IMG/VR virus record: IMGVR_UViG_3300046000_004988
Span: 1-62,356 of that record
Direction: 5' to 3' (one strand)
From: a virus
Lineage: Duplodnaviria; Caudoviricetes
DNA length: 62,356 nucleotides
Shown here: positions 9,308-17,973 of the stretch, one piece after another
Layout: the number at the start of each line of letters is the position of its first letter
Position numbering within the stretch: the first letter of the stretch is position 1
Translations under genes and position numbers: made by a program
Notes under the pieces: model-generated
Databases searched by the model: none
Seen by the model: only the letters and a program-made list of their open reading frames with translations
What the model was told of the DNA's origin: nothing

Positions 9308-9610
9308 TTACCTCCTTTTGAATGATCCGGATTTGATCTTTGTGAGTAGTGCCCTAACAAAGTCTCTGCCTGCATGGACATACGCTCTTTGGATGTGCTT
9401 GCAGTGCTGCCTAACTGGCTTGATGCTCGCATCCCTCATTGGCTTAATCCTGTTCAGGTAGTCTTGACAGGTGCATGAACCCTCTCCGTCATAGTCGAAG
9501 AGATCAACCATGTAGAATGTGCCTGGGTTTGCTTCTGATTCGATGCTGTACTCACCAATTGTTTCAAGTGGTGTAATTTCAGGCTCGTATGATGAATCTA
9601 ATTTTGACAT
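9308..9610 (-). CDS. SWIM-type zinc finger protein
   Basis: CTCQD...CKH motif. Confidence 0.75.
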   Translation of the reverse strand: MSKLDSSYEPEITPLETIGEYSIESEANPGTFYMVDLFDYDGEGSCTCQDYLNRIKPMRDASIKPVRQHCKHIQRAYVHAGRDFVRALLTKIKSGSFKRR

Positions 9611-9634
9611 TTGGTTATTGGTTAGACTGGTGAT

Positions 9635-10096
9635 TCAATCCCAGATGATTTCGGCGTATCGACTCTGTGCTCTGCCGATGCTGAAGAAGACATTGGTGGC
9701 ATCATTCTGGATCGACTTCTTGAGACTGTCGCCGCCTTCGATGAGGATCTTGTTATTCTCTTGGGCTGCATTTGCAGCACCTCCGAATACGAGAACAAGC
9801 CACGGAATCAATGCATCCATGGCGCATGATGTTGCTACTGGATTGATTGGAGTGGTTTCATCTGGGTCTTCCAGGATGACCTCGATCTCTGGGTCAATTG
9901 CCGCCATCAGCGACTTTATTGACTTCAGGGTTGCGGCACCTCCACCAAGGATTCGACCTTGGTTCCTGGACACCGTGGTGATCTTCAGAATGTACTTGCC
10001 GTCAGATCCTTCTGAGGATTCGACTGAGAATCGGCGTTCGCGCAAAAGGCCGGAAATGATTTTTGAGAGGACTTCCTCTGGAGTGATTGGTTTCAT
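9635..10096 (-). CDS. KH-domain RNA-binding protein (KhpA/YlqC-like)
   Basis: LKITTVSRNQGRILGGGAATLKSIKSLM resembles the KhpA GxxIGxxGxTxxAI loop. Confidence 0.6.
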   Translation of the reverse strand: MKPITPEEVLSKIISGLLRERRFSVESSEGSDGKYILKITTVSRNQGRILGGGAATLKSIKSLMAAIDPEIEVILEDPDETTPINPVATSCAMDALIPWLVLVFGGAANAAQENNKILIEGGDSLKKSIQNDATNVFFSIGRAQSRYAEIIWD

Positions 10097-10146
10097 GAAA
10101 TGGTTTTGTTTTGGGTTTGTTACTCTCTGGTGCTTTGTTTTGTGGG

Positions 10147-11583
10147 TCAAGCGTAAACTCGCTCGAAGCGATACTCTGCTCCGATGAGCGCCACCTTCAT
10201 GCTCCACATTGGTTCTCCATCACGGTTCTTGTCGCAGAAGATGTTTCTCTCCCTGCTCTGTTCCTCGTCATCATTGCTCGATGATTTTTTGTAACTCTCG
10301 TAGCCTGACTTTTTCTTTTTCTTGTCCTCGATCTTCTCGATCTTCAACATGACGTCGCAGTCGTTCTTGATGTCCTCGGCTTCGCGTGCATCACCGTCTT
10401 TGTTGACCTGTGACGGCAGAATGATGTCGATGTCTTCAGTCTTTGTGACTCGTGCAAGTTTTGATGTGATCTTTGCAATCTCCTGCTGCCTGCGCTCTGA
10501 CTTTTCTTCGGTCTGGAGCAACTGGACGTAGTCGATCACAACGACCATCCTTTGACCCTTTGCCAGAGTTCGGCGGCGACGACGAATGTCCCGAATGACC
10601 CACTCGATTTTGCGACCAGAGATGTTGATGATGCGGAGATCGAATGACCTGATTTTCTTTGTGACTTTCACAAACTTCTCCTGGTCTGCACGGTTCATCT
10701 TTCCGAACTTCATGTCCTGAGAATTGATGCGTCCGATTGATGAGATCATTCGAGCGACCTCTGCCTTTGGCTGCATTTCGCATGTGTAGATGATTCCTCT
10801 GTTGTAGACCTCAGGATTCGTCTTTGTCGGTGAGTCAACCACTGCTTCAATGAACTGCCTCGAAAGGGTTGATTTGCCGTCGCTTGATTCACCTGTGACG
10901 ATCCAGAGGCGACCTCCGTAGAATCCACCAGTCTTGTCGTCGATCATCTGGAATCCAGTTGGGATTCCTGGGATTGCTCCTGGGTTGTCCATGCGTGCAG
11001 TGATGTCGTCGATGACCTCACCAACCAATGATGACATCGACTTGTCGTCCTCGTCTTCGGATTGATCCACAAGCTCAATGCTGGTTGCTGATTCACGCAT
11101 TGCTTCAACTGGATCGAACGTCTCGTTGGGGTGAACTGTCTGGAGTCTGTTGATGATCTCGGCGCATGCAAGTATCCCTGCGCGTTGCTGCATCTTCTCG
11201 CGGACAATTTTGCAGTAATTCGGGAAGTATGCTGGTGACGGAATGAACGTGTAGATCTCGGACAGGGCTGATGGTCCACCGACTCGGTCCAGCAGATTCT
11301 TTTCCCTTAGTCTCTTCGTTATCAGGATCATGTCGTCGAACGGAAGTCGAAGTTCGTTCATTTCGACAAGTTCAGCAAAGATGGTCCTGTGCGCTTCGAC
11401 GTAGAAGGCAGATGTTCCAAAGTCGATAGTTTCAATCCGGTCCTGGCTTTGGAGAATTGATGCGATGACTCCTTTCTCGGCACCCTCATCATGAGGCATT
11501 GGCTTGTTGATTGTGGCGAGCAGTTCCTCTGCGGATGCTGCTTCGTTGCGGGTTCTCCCGAATGGATTTGCTTGTGGTTTCAT
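10147..11583 (-). CDS. dnaB: Replicative DNA helicase
   Basis: PHDEGAEKGVI N-terminus, GIPTGF, Walker A GESSDGKST, VVIDYVQL, SQVN, DKNRDG. Confidence 0.95.
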   Translation of the reverse strand: MKPQANPFGRTRNEAASAEELLATINKPMPHDEGAEKGVIASILQSQDRIETIDFGTSAFYVEAHRTIFAELVEMNELRLPFDDMILITKRLREKNLLDRVGGPSALSEIYTFIPSPAYFPNYCKIVREKMQQRAGILACAEIINRLQTVHPNETFDPVEAMRESATSIELVDQSEDEDDKSMSSLVGEVIDDITARMDNPGAIPGIPTGFQMIDDKTGGFYGGRLWIVTGESSDGKSTLSRQFIEAVVDSPTKTNPEVYNRGIIYTCEMQPKAEVARMISSIGRINSQDMKFGKMNRADQEKFVKVTKKIRSFDLRIINISGRKIEWVIRDIRRRRRTLAKGQRMVVVIDYVQLLQTEEKSERRQQEIAKITSKLARVTKTEDIDIILPSQVNKDGDAREAEDIKNDCDVMLKIEKIEDKKKKKSGYESYKKSSSNDDEEQSRERNIFCDKNRDGEPMWSMKVALIGAEYRFERVYA

Positions 11584-11606
11584 TTTTGGTTTTTGGTCCT
11601 GACGTT

Positions 11607-12311
11607 TTATTCGATGTGCTTTACCACTCCGCGCTCATCTGGAACTCCCCAGGTGCGCTTGCGATTCTTGGCGAACTTATTTTCGACTTCCATCATGAGA
11701 TTGACTCCTGCACGCTCTGCGAGATTGAAGAGCAGAATGGCGCAGTCAGCAAGCTCTTCTCCATCGTTTGGGTTCTCGCGGACTTCCTGAACCTCATCGG
11801 CTAAGTGGTCGATCTTTGCAGATGTGGTCTGGTTAGGGAATGTCTCCTCAGACCACTGGGAAATGCGATGTTGTATCGTCGCTGCATTCTTTACGAGGGT
11901 GAGTTGACAGTTGAACAATTCTGATAGTCCTTTATAGGTTTTTCCGGCAGATTCTCTGCGCCATATCGCTGCCGATATTTGTAGGTCAATCCATGTTTTT
12001 GTTTTGAATCTACCAGTGTTATAGCATTCGATGCATATTGGAATATCACCAACTTTCCTGAGTGTTTGAGTTTCGCAGGAGACGCATTTGCATTTATCTG
12101 GGTCGGAACTCGGACCCGAATTTTGTTTTGAATCTAAGTGATTCTTTTCTATCCAATCAGCTAATCTTCCGGATGCGTAGCAATTAAAGCATGTTGTTAT
12201 TTCGCCATAATTGCCGAGATCTTTTGGGGTTCCGCAGCATTCGCAGTATGTTTTTTGCATTTGTTCTTGGTCCATGGCTTTAGTCTTCGCGGTAAACTTT
12301 TGCTTTGTCAA
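11607..12311 (-). CDS. Zn-ribbon plus MazG-like (DUF550-type) dNTP pyrophosphohydrolase
   Basis: WSEETFP...HLADEVQE...EELADCAIL...KNRKRTW; two N-terminal CxxC...CxxC repeats. Confidence 0.75.
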   Translation of the reverse strand: MTKQKFTAKTKAMDQEQMQKTYCECCGTPKDLGNYGEITTCFNCYASGRLADWIEKNHLDSKQNSGPSSDPDKCKCVSCETQTLRKVGDIPICIECYNTGRFKTKTWIDLQISAAIWRRESAGKTYKGLSELFNCQLTLVKNAATIQHRISQWSEETFPNQTTSAKIDHLADEVQEVRENPNDGEELADCAILLFNLAERAGVNLMMEVENKFAKNRKRTWGVPDERGVVKHIE

Positions 12312-13026
12312 TCTCGGCGGGCCAGTTGTTCATGAGGGTCACTGGTTCTCTCCTGAGATACTCACACTGGGTTTTTGTGTAATACCATTCGAGGATGTCG
12401 AGATCTTCATTGAGGTCTGACTGGTCGCAGTCGGCATAGGACATCGCCAGGATCTTGAGGGCAGTGAGTTCTTTCTTGGACCACTTGGTTGATGGTCGAC
12501 GATTGAACCACGAATGAATTCTTGAATGAAGTTCTTGAGAAACTGGATTCATCTTTGTCTTTGGTTCATCAATCTTTACATCCTCCGACTTGTCGGAGAT
12601 TGGTATCTCCTTATCTGGATTACCTTCATGGATTACCTTTGGGTGTCTGTCAGACAGGGGTGGGGTGTCTGTCAGACAGGGGTCCGGTTCCTGTGAGACA
12701 GGGGTGTCTGTCAGACAGGGGTTCCAGGATGACGGTGGAGTTAGGAAATAGACGTTGGATTTTGTGCCTCCTGTAGTCCTCCTAACCTCCATGAAATGAC
12801 GGTCCTCAAGCTCTTTGATTGCACGCCTCACCTGACTCTCTGAGATACCGCACACGGTCCCGATGCTTTGGATGCCAGGAAAGGCACTCCCTGTTCGATT
12901 GGCACGCCTTGCAATGTGGCAATACACCCTGAACGCATAAACGCTCAATCCTGCATCATCGAGTGATGAATGGACAAAGATGACATTCATCTCTGACTGA
13001 TCTTGGAATACTTTCTTCTCGCTCAT
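12280..13026 (-). CDS. Replication initiator with N-terminal HTH (lambda O-like)
   Basis: AFPGIQSIGTVCGISESQVRRAIKELE HTH, SNVYFL, internal iterons; located upstream of dnaB; start uncertain. Confidence 0.8.
   Translation of the reverse strand: MSEKKVFQDQSEMNVIFVHSSLDDAGLSVYAFRVYCHIARRANRTGSAFPGIQSIGTVCGISESQVRRAIKELEDRHFMEVRRTTGGTKSNVYFLTPPSSWNPCLTDTPVSQEPDPCLTDTPPLSDRHPKVIHEGNPDKEIPISDKSEDVKIDEPKTKMNPVSQELHSRIHSWFNRRPSTKWSKKELTALKILAMSYADCDQSDLNEDLDILEWYYTKTQCEYLRREPVTLMNNWPAEIDKAKVYRED
12641..12721. repeat. Iteron cluster / probable replication origin
   Basis: GGGTGTCTGTCAGACAGGGG at 12641, 12663 and 12702 plus a variant near 12690; each has the dyad TGTCTG-T-CAGACA. Confidence 0.8.
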
Positions 13027-13346
13027 TGGTCTTTTGGTTGAGTGTGTTGCAGTGCTCTCTGCGCTAGTTCTAGTTGAATCTTGAGAATGGCGACCTGACG
13101 AGTCTTTCTGGCCTTGAATGAGGTCCACGCTTCGTCACGAGTCGGGTGCGCTAAACGCTTCTTCGAGGTCTTGCTAACCCACTTCCGTTCACCATATCTT
13201 TCGACATGGTATCCGCACGGAGTCTCGCTGATGACCGTGTAAGTTTGGAGGCGAATGTCGACTCTGACACAAGTAACGGTCTCAAATTCGTCCAGTTCTC
13301 CGTATGGATGGTCAGTGTAGCGATAGAGGTGTGTTGGTGTGCTCAT
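13023..13346 (-). CDS. Hypothetical phage protein
   Basis: 107-aa ORF; VISETPCGY...KWVSK...AHPT. Confidence 0.7.
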   Translation of the reverse strand: MSTPTHLYRYTDHPYGELDEFETVTCVRVDIRLQTYTVISETPCGYHVERYGERKWVSKTSKKRLAHPTRDEAWTSFKARKTRQVAILKIQLELAQRALQHTQPKDQ

Positions 13347-13349
13347 GTG

Positions 13350-13745
13350 TTACAGTCCTGCGTATGGGTTTTGTTTTGACCTATCTTTGATTCCAAGGAT
13401 TCGATTGAGCCTCCTGATCTCGTTTAGCATCTCAACCTGCTTTGCCAGCATCCCTTGGGTGCGGTCGATGAGTCGTTCGTTGAGTTCAGTGATGTCGCGC
13501 TCAAGATCACTGATCCTGTCCTCGTAATTCTGCTCTTTGATCTCCTGTGCCTTTTCGGGATTGCATCTCTCGCATCCGTCTCCGACGAGTCGGGTTGCCA
13601 AGGAACACTGGCATAGCTCACTCTTTGCCTTCGCGGCATTAAGCTCGCGTTCGAGGGTGCGGGCGAGTGTCGCAAGATTGCGGATCAATGAACTGTCGCC
13701 TGTGTCGTCGGCTAAGATTGCGTCTGTTCGTGGTGTTAGTGTCAT
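13350..13745 (-). CDS. TPRTDA-family small coiled-coil protein
   Basis: MTLTPRTDA...LARTLERELN. Confidence 0.65.
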   Translation of the reverse strand: MTLTPRTDAILADDTGDSSLIRNLATLARTLERELNAAKAKSELCQCSLATRLVGDGCERCNPEKAQEIKEQNYEDRISDLERDITELNERLIDRTQGMLAKQVEMLNEIRRLNRILGIKDRSKQNPYAGL

Positions 13746-14092
13746 AGAATTTCCTCTGGCCATGCGGCAATGATTGCGGCAACTAATCGAGCATTAGCGG
13801 TAAGCATCATTTCAGTTGTGATATTCTGAATATAAATAGGAAGCGATGAATCCACGTTTAAGCAGTCGTCAATCGCTGCGATGGTCGAGAGCCAGCCCGC
13901 TTCGGCGGCACCCGCGCAGGCTGCGATGAAGTCAGGGTTCCAACCGTCACAGTCAGCAACTTTTTCGTTACCATCCCAGTCCCAAACTGTATCTGACCCA
14001 CACTTCCACCTTCCTGCAGTTCGCTTTTCAGCAATAGCTAGGAGTTCTTGGCATTTGGCTTTGATTCGTTGTAGGTGTTCGGTGTCGGTCAT
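13742..14092 (-). CDS. Ead/Ea22-like hypothetical protein
   Basis: AEKRTAGRW...DFIAAC motif. Confidence 0.55.
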   Translation of the reverse strand: MTDTEHLQRIKAKCQELLAIAEKRTAGRWKCGSDTVWDWDGNEKVADCDGWNPDFIAACAGAAEAGWLSTIAAIDDCLNVDSSLPIYIQNITTEMMLTANARLVAAIIAAWPEEIL

Positions 14093-14220
14093 GGGGTAAC
14101 AAGTTTCCCATTGGTTAGGGTGTAGATGATGGCGTCTGCGATGTCTGGCGTTCCATCAAACAGTATGATTAGGAGGGTTATGCAGATTAGTAACACTGAA
14201 TCGGAGTCGATGAAGGTCAT
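14089..14220 (-). CDS. 43-aa membrane peptide
   Basis: Manual translation MTFIDSDSVLLICITLLIILFDG...; ATGA overlaps on both sides. Confidence 0.55.
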   Translation of the reverse strand: MTFIDSDSVLLICITLLIILFDGTPDIADAIIYTLTNGKLVTP

Positions 14221-14465
14221 GGTTTTCCTTTCACTTTAGCGATAGCTGCTTTAGCTTTCATCAACGCTGCATTTTGGTTACGGGCTTCTATTGTCGGCAT
14301 TACAGCTACACCGCCGTTTGCTGCCACCATTGATTCCAAAGCCTCCAGCAACTCAGCGTTTTCGCGTTCAAGTTGGCGGGCGAAGTCTGGAGCGATGCAA
14401 GGATCACCTTCTTTACAGGTGATACTTTCGTTTGCGTCTGTTCGTGGTGTTGGTGTTGGTGTCAT
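14217..14465 (-). CDS. TPRTDA-family small protein
   Basis: MTPTPTPRTDA...DFARQLERENAELL. Confidence 0.7.
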   Translation of the reverse strand: MTPTPTPRTDANESITCKEGDPCIAPDFARQLERENAELLEALESMVAANGGVAVMPTIEARNQNAALMKAKAAIAKVKGKP

Positions 14466-14701
14466 GGTTGAACTCCTTTCGCTTTGGTTATCACTGCAAG
14501 AGCGGGTTTCCAAGGTACCTTTGTGTCGCCTTCAATATACGGCAGGATGCTTTCCAATACCCCTAACATCTCAGCATTTTCGCGCTCAAGTTGGCGGGCG
14601 AAGTCTGCGGAGACTTCTTCAACCCAACGATACACGCTAGAGTTCTGGCCGGATGTGTCGCGTTTCTTTGCTACTGCATTTGTTCGTGGTGTTGGTGTCA
14701 T
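14462..14701 (-). CDS. TPRTDA-family small protein
   Basis: MTPTPRTNA...DFARQLERENAEML. Confidence 0.7.
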   Translation of the reverse strand: MTPTPRTNAVAKKRDTSGQNSSVYRWVEEVSADFARQLERENAEMLGVLESILPYIEGDTKVPWKPALAVITKAKGVQP

Positions 14702-14862
14702 TTTGTTAGATTGGTTTGATAAATAATTCGCCCGCCAATGTGGACCCCACTTTCCTGAGATTGTGGCACTGGCGGGCTGAAAGTTGTTTGGAGATCACCT
14801 CTGGGTCCAGCAGGGGTGTGGTTGATGTGTTGCTCAGGGTTGTGTGCTCGTCAACACTGTTT

Positions 14863-16092
14863 TTACAGTCCAGCCTCCTTTGCCAGTTCTGACATTTCCT
14901 CACCGATGACGATGACTTTGTTTTTTGCCCTGGTGATGGCGACGTAGAACAGTCTGCGTTCTTCCTCTGTAACAATCCTTGGGTTCCAGTCGATGATGAT
15001 GACCGTGTCCCACTCAAGACCTTTGGCACTGTGGATGGTGCCGATGTGGAAGTCTGGATCTGGTTCTTCATCCGTGGCAGTTATGTTGATCCCTTCAGGG
15101 TCTAGCCTGAAATGTTTCTTGAGGTCATTGGGTGTTACCTGCCTAGCGAATGACGAGTTGTATCTGCAAAGTACTGCAATGCTCTTGCAGCTTTTTGCGG
15201 CTTTGGCGATTGTTAGGCAGATGGTGCTCGTGTCGAAACAGTGAAGGTATTTTACGCCCGAATCATTGGCGTTCTCCTGGCGTGAACTGATCATCTCCTT
15301 CTTTGTCCTATTCTCATTGTTCTTGATGACACTGTTTGCCGAGGAGATGATTTGTGGTGTCGACCTGTAGTTCTCCGTCAGGACCATTCTGTCGCCTTCC
15401 ATTGAAGTCAGTGTTGTTGGGTCCGCTCCTCTCCATTCGTAGATGCATTGGTCCTCGTCACCTACGATGATTTTACGACCAGCCCAGATCTCATCAATGA
15501 TTCTCCATTCGTTTATTGAGAAGTCCTGTGACTCATCAAGGTAGAGTCCTTCGATAGCTGGAAGTTGTGGTGCCAAACTCAGCATGTCAGTGAGCATCAT
15601 GTCGAATGTGGCGAGACCTTTTGCTCGAAGTGTCGACATGACTCGTTTGGCGACGGCGCGGTGTAGGGTTGTGACTGACTCAAGTTTTCCAGCTATGATG
15701 TTGAATACCTTGTTAGGCGAATCCTTTCCAGCACCGACATTTGTCATGATCTCTTTGATCATTGGAATGACCTCGTCATCGGGCACTTGCTTGACCTCTC
15801 CTCTGTATCCAAGTGAATAGCCGTGCTGGTTGAGAATCTGGAGAGCATAGGAGTGCATTGTTCCGGCAAAGTTGATCTCGACACCCATTCCTTGAAGGCG
15901 TTCTTTGAATGCCTTTGCTCCAGCCTCTGTGAAGGTGATACAGACGATTCCTCCTCCTCCGTATAACTCGACGTCTCGCTTGATCCTGTGAGCAAGAGCG
16001 TGGGTCTTGCCTGATCCAGGGCATGCCGACAGAATGATCTTGCTTGAGTCCGATTCGACGAACTTCTTTTGCAGTGGGTTTAGTGTGTTCAT
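14863..16092 (-). CDS. UvrD/Rep-like SF1 helicase (compact)
   Basis: LNPLQ, ACPGSGKT, DESQD, VGDEDQCIYEWRGA, NYRST, TIHSAKGLEW, EERRLFYVAITRAK. Confidence 0.93.
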   Translation of the reverse strand: MNTLNPLQKKFVESDSSKIILSACPGSGKTHALAHRIKRDVELYGGGGIVCITFTEAGAKAFKERLQGMGVEINFAGTMHSYALQILNQHGYSLGYRGEVKQVPDDEVIPMIKEIMTNVGAGKDSPNKVFNIIAGKLESVTTLHRAVAKRVMSTLRAKGLATFDMMLTDMLSLAPQLPAIEGLYLDESQDFSINEWRIIDEIWAGRKIIVGDEDQCIYEWRGADPTTLTSMEGDRMVLTENYRSTPQIISSANSVIKNNENRTKKEMISSRQENANDSGVKYLHCFDTSTICLTIAKAAKSCKSIAVLCRYNSSFARQVTPNDLKKHFRLDPEGINITATDEEPDPDFHIGTIHSAKGLEWDTVIIIDWNPRIVTEEERRLFYVAITRAKNKVIVIGEEMSELAKEAGL

Positions 16093-16118
16093 TTTGAATG
16101 ACGCTTTTACATGAAAAT

Positions 16119-16142
16119 GGGGTCGAGGTTTCCCCCGACCCC
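16119..16142 (-). terminator. Intrinsic terminator-like hairpin
   Basis: GGGGTCGGGG-GAAA-CCTCGACCCC followed by ATTTT on the minus strand, after the ATPase gene. Confidence 0.55.
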
Positions 16143-16155
16143 TGGTTTTTGTTGA

Positions 16156-17859
16156 TTAGAGTCTGATGACTCCAGTGAGTTCAGTCTCTTCGACCTGGAA
16201 TCCGGTCCCAGCGATGAACACTTGATCCAGAATCTTTTTCTCGATCATGACCTCAATGTTTTGAAGCAACTTCTGGAAGGTATCCTGATCGAGCATTCCA
16301 GCCTCATCCATGATTGCCACCTTGAACTTCTCCTGTGACGCAAGACCTGCTGTGAAGCCGATGAGTGCAGCCTCTGTTTCAGATCCTGAGAACCCTTCAA
16401 TGGGAACCCAAACGCCCTGTGGCGTGTTATATCCAAGAGCGAAGCCGCGATGCGTCAAGGGGAATGGCAGAATGCCCGACAGGACTGCATTTGCGGTGCC
16501 CATGACTGGACCAAGGACGTCTGCTGCTGATTGAGCGAGTTTGGCATCAAGTGCTTTCTTCGCCGCCTCAAACGCCAGGAGGTTTTTTGCCGATGATTCA
16601 CGACATGAAATCACGGATTTCTCATCTTCGCGCTCCTTCATGAAGGTTTTATAGGCGAAATGGTCTTCCTCGTGCTGGTCCAGTTTCAGCGCCAGTTCAT
16701 TGATAGCAGACGAATCCGGAAGGAGTAGAAGTTGCTCGTCCTTTTGAGAGAGCAATGAATCGTGTCGAGCTTCGAGTTCACCGAGGTTTGATTCAACTGA
16801 TGCCTTTGCGATGGACATCATGATCTCTTCGAGTTCCGAGTCCAACTCTTCATGCTTGGATTCAAGCTCCCTGATTTCCATCTGCGATTCGATGAAGTCA
16901 TCGTCAGCAATTTCGATCTTCTTTTTTGACCCACATGTTGGGCAAACTTCGGACTCTGATTCTTCAGCTTTGTGTAGGTGCTCACGTTTATGAGCGAGGT
17001 CCGCACTCAGCTTGTTGATCTCAGCGCAGATCTCCTGCTGCCTTTTTTTGAGACCTGGGAGTTGTCCAGCCACGCCTTCAGCCCTGGCTTTTTCTTTGGC
17101 GATAGCCTTTTCAGTCTCCGGTATCTGAGCATCGAGCATGTTGAGATATGCCTCACACTTGTTCCTTGTTGTGACGAGTTTATCGTATTCTGCCTGATCA
17201 CTGCGATGATCATCATTCCGGTATTCCGGAGGGGTGTCACTGCTCTCCAAGGAGGTGATGTAAGCACCCTGGTATTGGTCGATGGCAGACTTCGTGTCAG
17301 CAATCTTGACGTTGATCGCTTTCCTTGATTCGGTGGCAAATTCGGACGCATCTGCCGAGAATAGGTTGTGCCTCCACCCTTGAATGCCCCCAGCTTCGCC
17401 TCCTGCTGCGTCATACGCCGCTTTTGCAGCCTCCCATGTGCTTTGACGCACATCGACCTTCTGCGTGGCTCCCAGCGAGTTTTGGATGATGGCAATCCTG
17501 TCGGTTGATCCTGAGTTCAGGAACAGGCGAGCATCAAAGCATGACTTGCTGATGTGGTCCTGGTCCAAAGACTGTTTTTTACTGAACCCATCAGCCTCGT
17601 TGCCCATCAGGCGGAATGCCGACTGCTTGTCGTTATCCAGGGTTGCTGTTATCGAGGCTGAACCGTTCCAGCCGATGATCGGCGCGAGTTTGGCGTTGAT
17701 CTTGCCAAGACGAGGAATGAATCCCGCAATGATAAGAGTGATTGCGTCCAGGATGGATGTCTTGCCGGATCTGTTTGGACCAACAATGACGGTGACTGGT
17801 TTGCTGAATTCAAGGTCGCGTTGAATGGACCTGATATTGGATGTGATTTTTTTGATCAT
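16156..17859 (-). CDS. Rad50/SbcC/SMC-like coiled-coil ABC ATPase
   Basis: Walker A GPNRSGKT, central CPTCG zinc hook within a coiled coil, signature FSGSE, Walker B IMDEAGMLD. Confidence 0.85.
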   Translation of the reverse strand: MIKKITSNIRSIQRDLEFSKPVTVIVGPNRSGKTSILDAITLIIAGFIPRLGKINAKLAPIIGWNGSASITATLDNDKQSAFRLMGNEADGFSKKQSLDQDHISKSCFDARLFLNSGSTDRIAIIQNSLGATQKVDVRQSTWEAAKAAYDAAGGEAGGIQGWRHNLFSADASEFATESRKAINVKIADTKSAIDQYQGAYITSLESSDTPPEYRNDDHRSDQAEYDKLVTTRNKCEAYLNMLDAQIPETEKAIAKEKARAEGVAGQLPGLKKRQQEICAEINKLSADLAHKREHLHKAEESESEVCPTCGSKKKIEIADDDFIESQMEIRELESKHEELDSELEEIMMSIAKASVESNLGELEARHDSLLSQKDEQLLLLPDSSAINELALKLDQHEEDHFAYKTFMKEREDEKSVISCRESSAKNLLAFEAAKKALDAKLAQSAADVLGPVMGTANAVLSGILPFPLTHRGFALGYNTPQGVWVPIEGFSGSETEAALIGFTAGLASQEKFKVAIMDEAGMLDQDTFQKLLQNIEVMIEKKILDQVFIAGTGFQVEETELTGVIRL

Positions 17860-17892
17860 AATATTTGGATTTGATGTTTGATTTTGATTTGA

Positions 17893-17967
17893 TGGTATCC
17901 CGTGAGGGAATCGAACCCCCATCAGAGGGGTAGAATCCCTCTACTCTATCCATTAAGCTAACGGGAC
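17893..17967 (-). tRNA. tRNA-Arg(UCU)
   Basis: GTCCCGT/ACGGGAT acceptor, D-loop containing GGATA, anticodon stem GAGGG/CCCTC with loop ATTCTAC, TTCGA T-loop, encoded CCA. Confidence 0.88.
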
Positions 17968-17973
17968 TTTTTG

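Noticed and set aside
11607-12311. Z-genome (2-aminoadenine) pathway suggested by the DUF550-like gene
   Set aside because: No PurZ, DatZ or phage DNA polymerase recognised
16119-16142. Extra copy of the GGGTC-N8-GACCC site
   Set aside because: The spacer is 12 nt with a GAAA loop and T-tract, so it is better explained as a terminator, although it does lie in the largest gap between sites
14863-17859. Gabija-like defence pair (ATPase plus UvrD)
   Set aside because: The ATPase has a zinc-hook coiled coil and no TOPRIM domain, and it sits in the replication module beside the SSB
17893-17967. Amber suppressor tRNA (CTA in the loop) and stop-codon recoding
   Set aside because: The perfect GAGGG/CCCTC stem centres TCT as the anticodon, and genes are intact under the standard code
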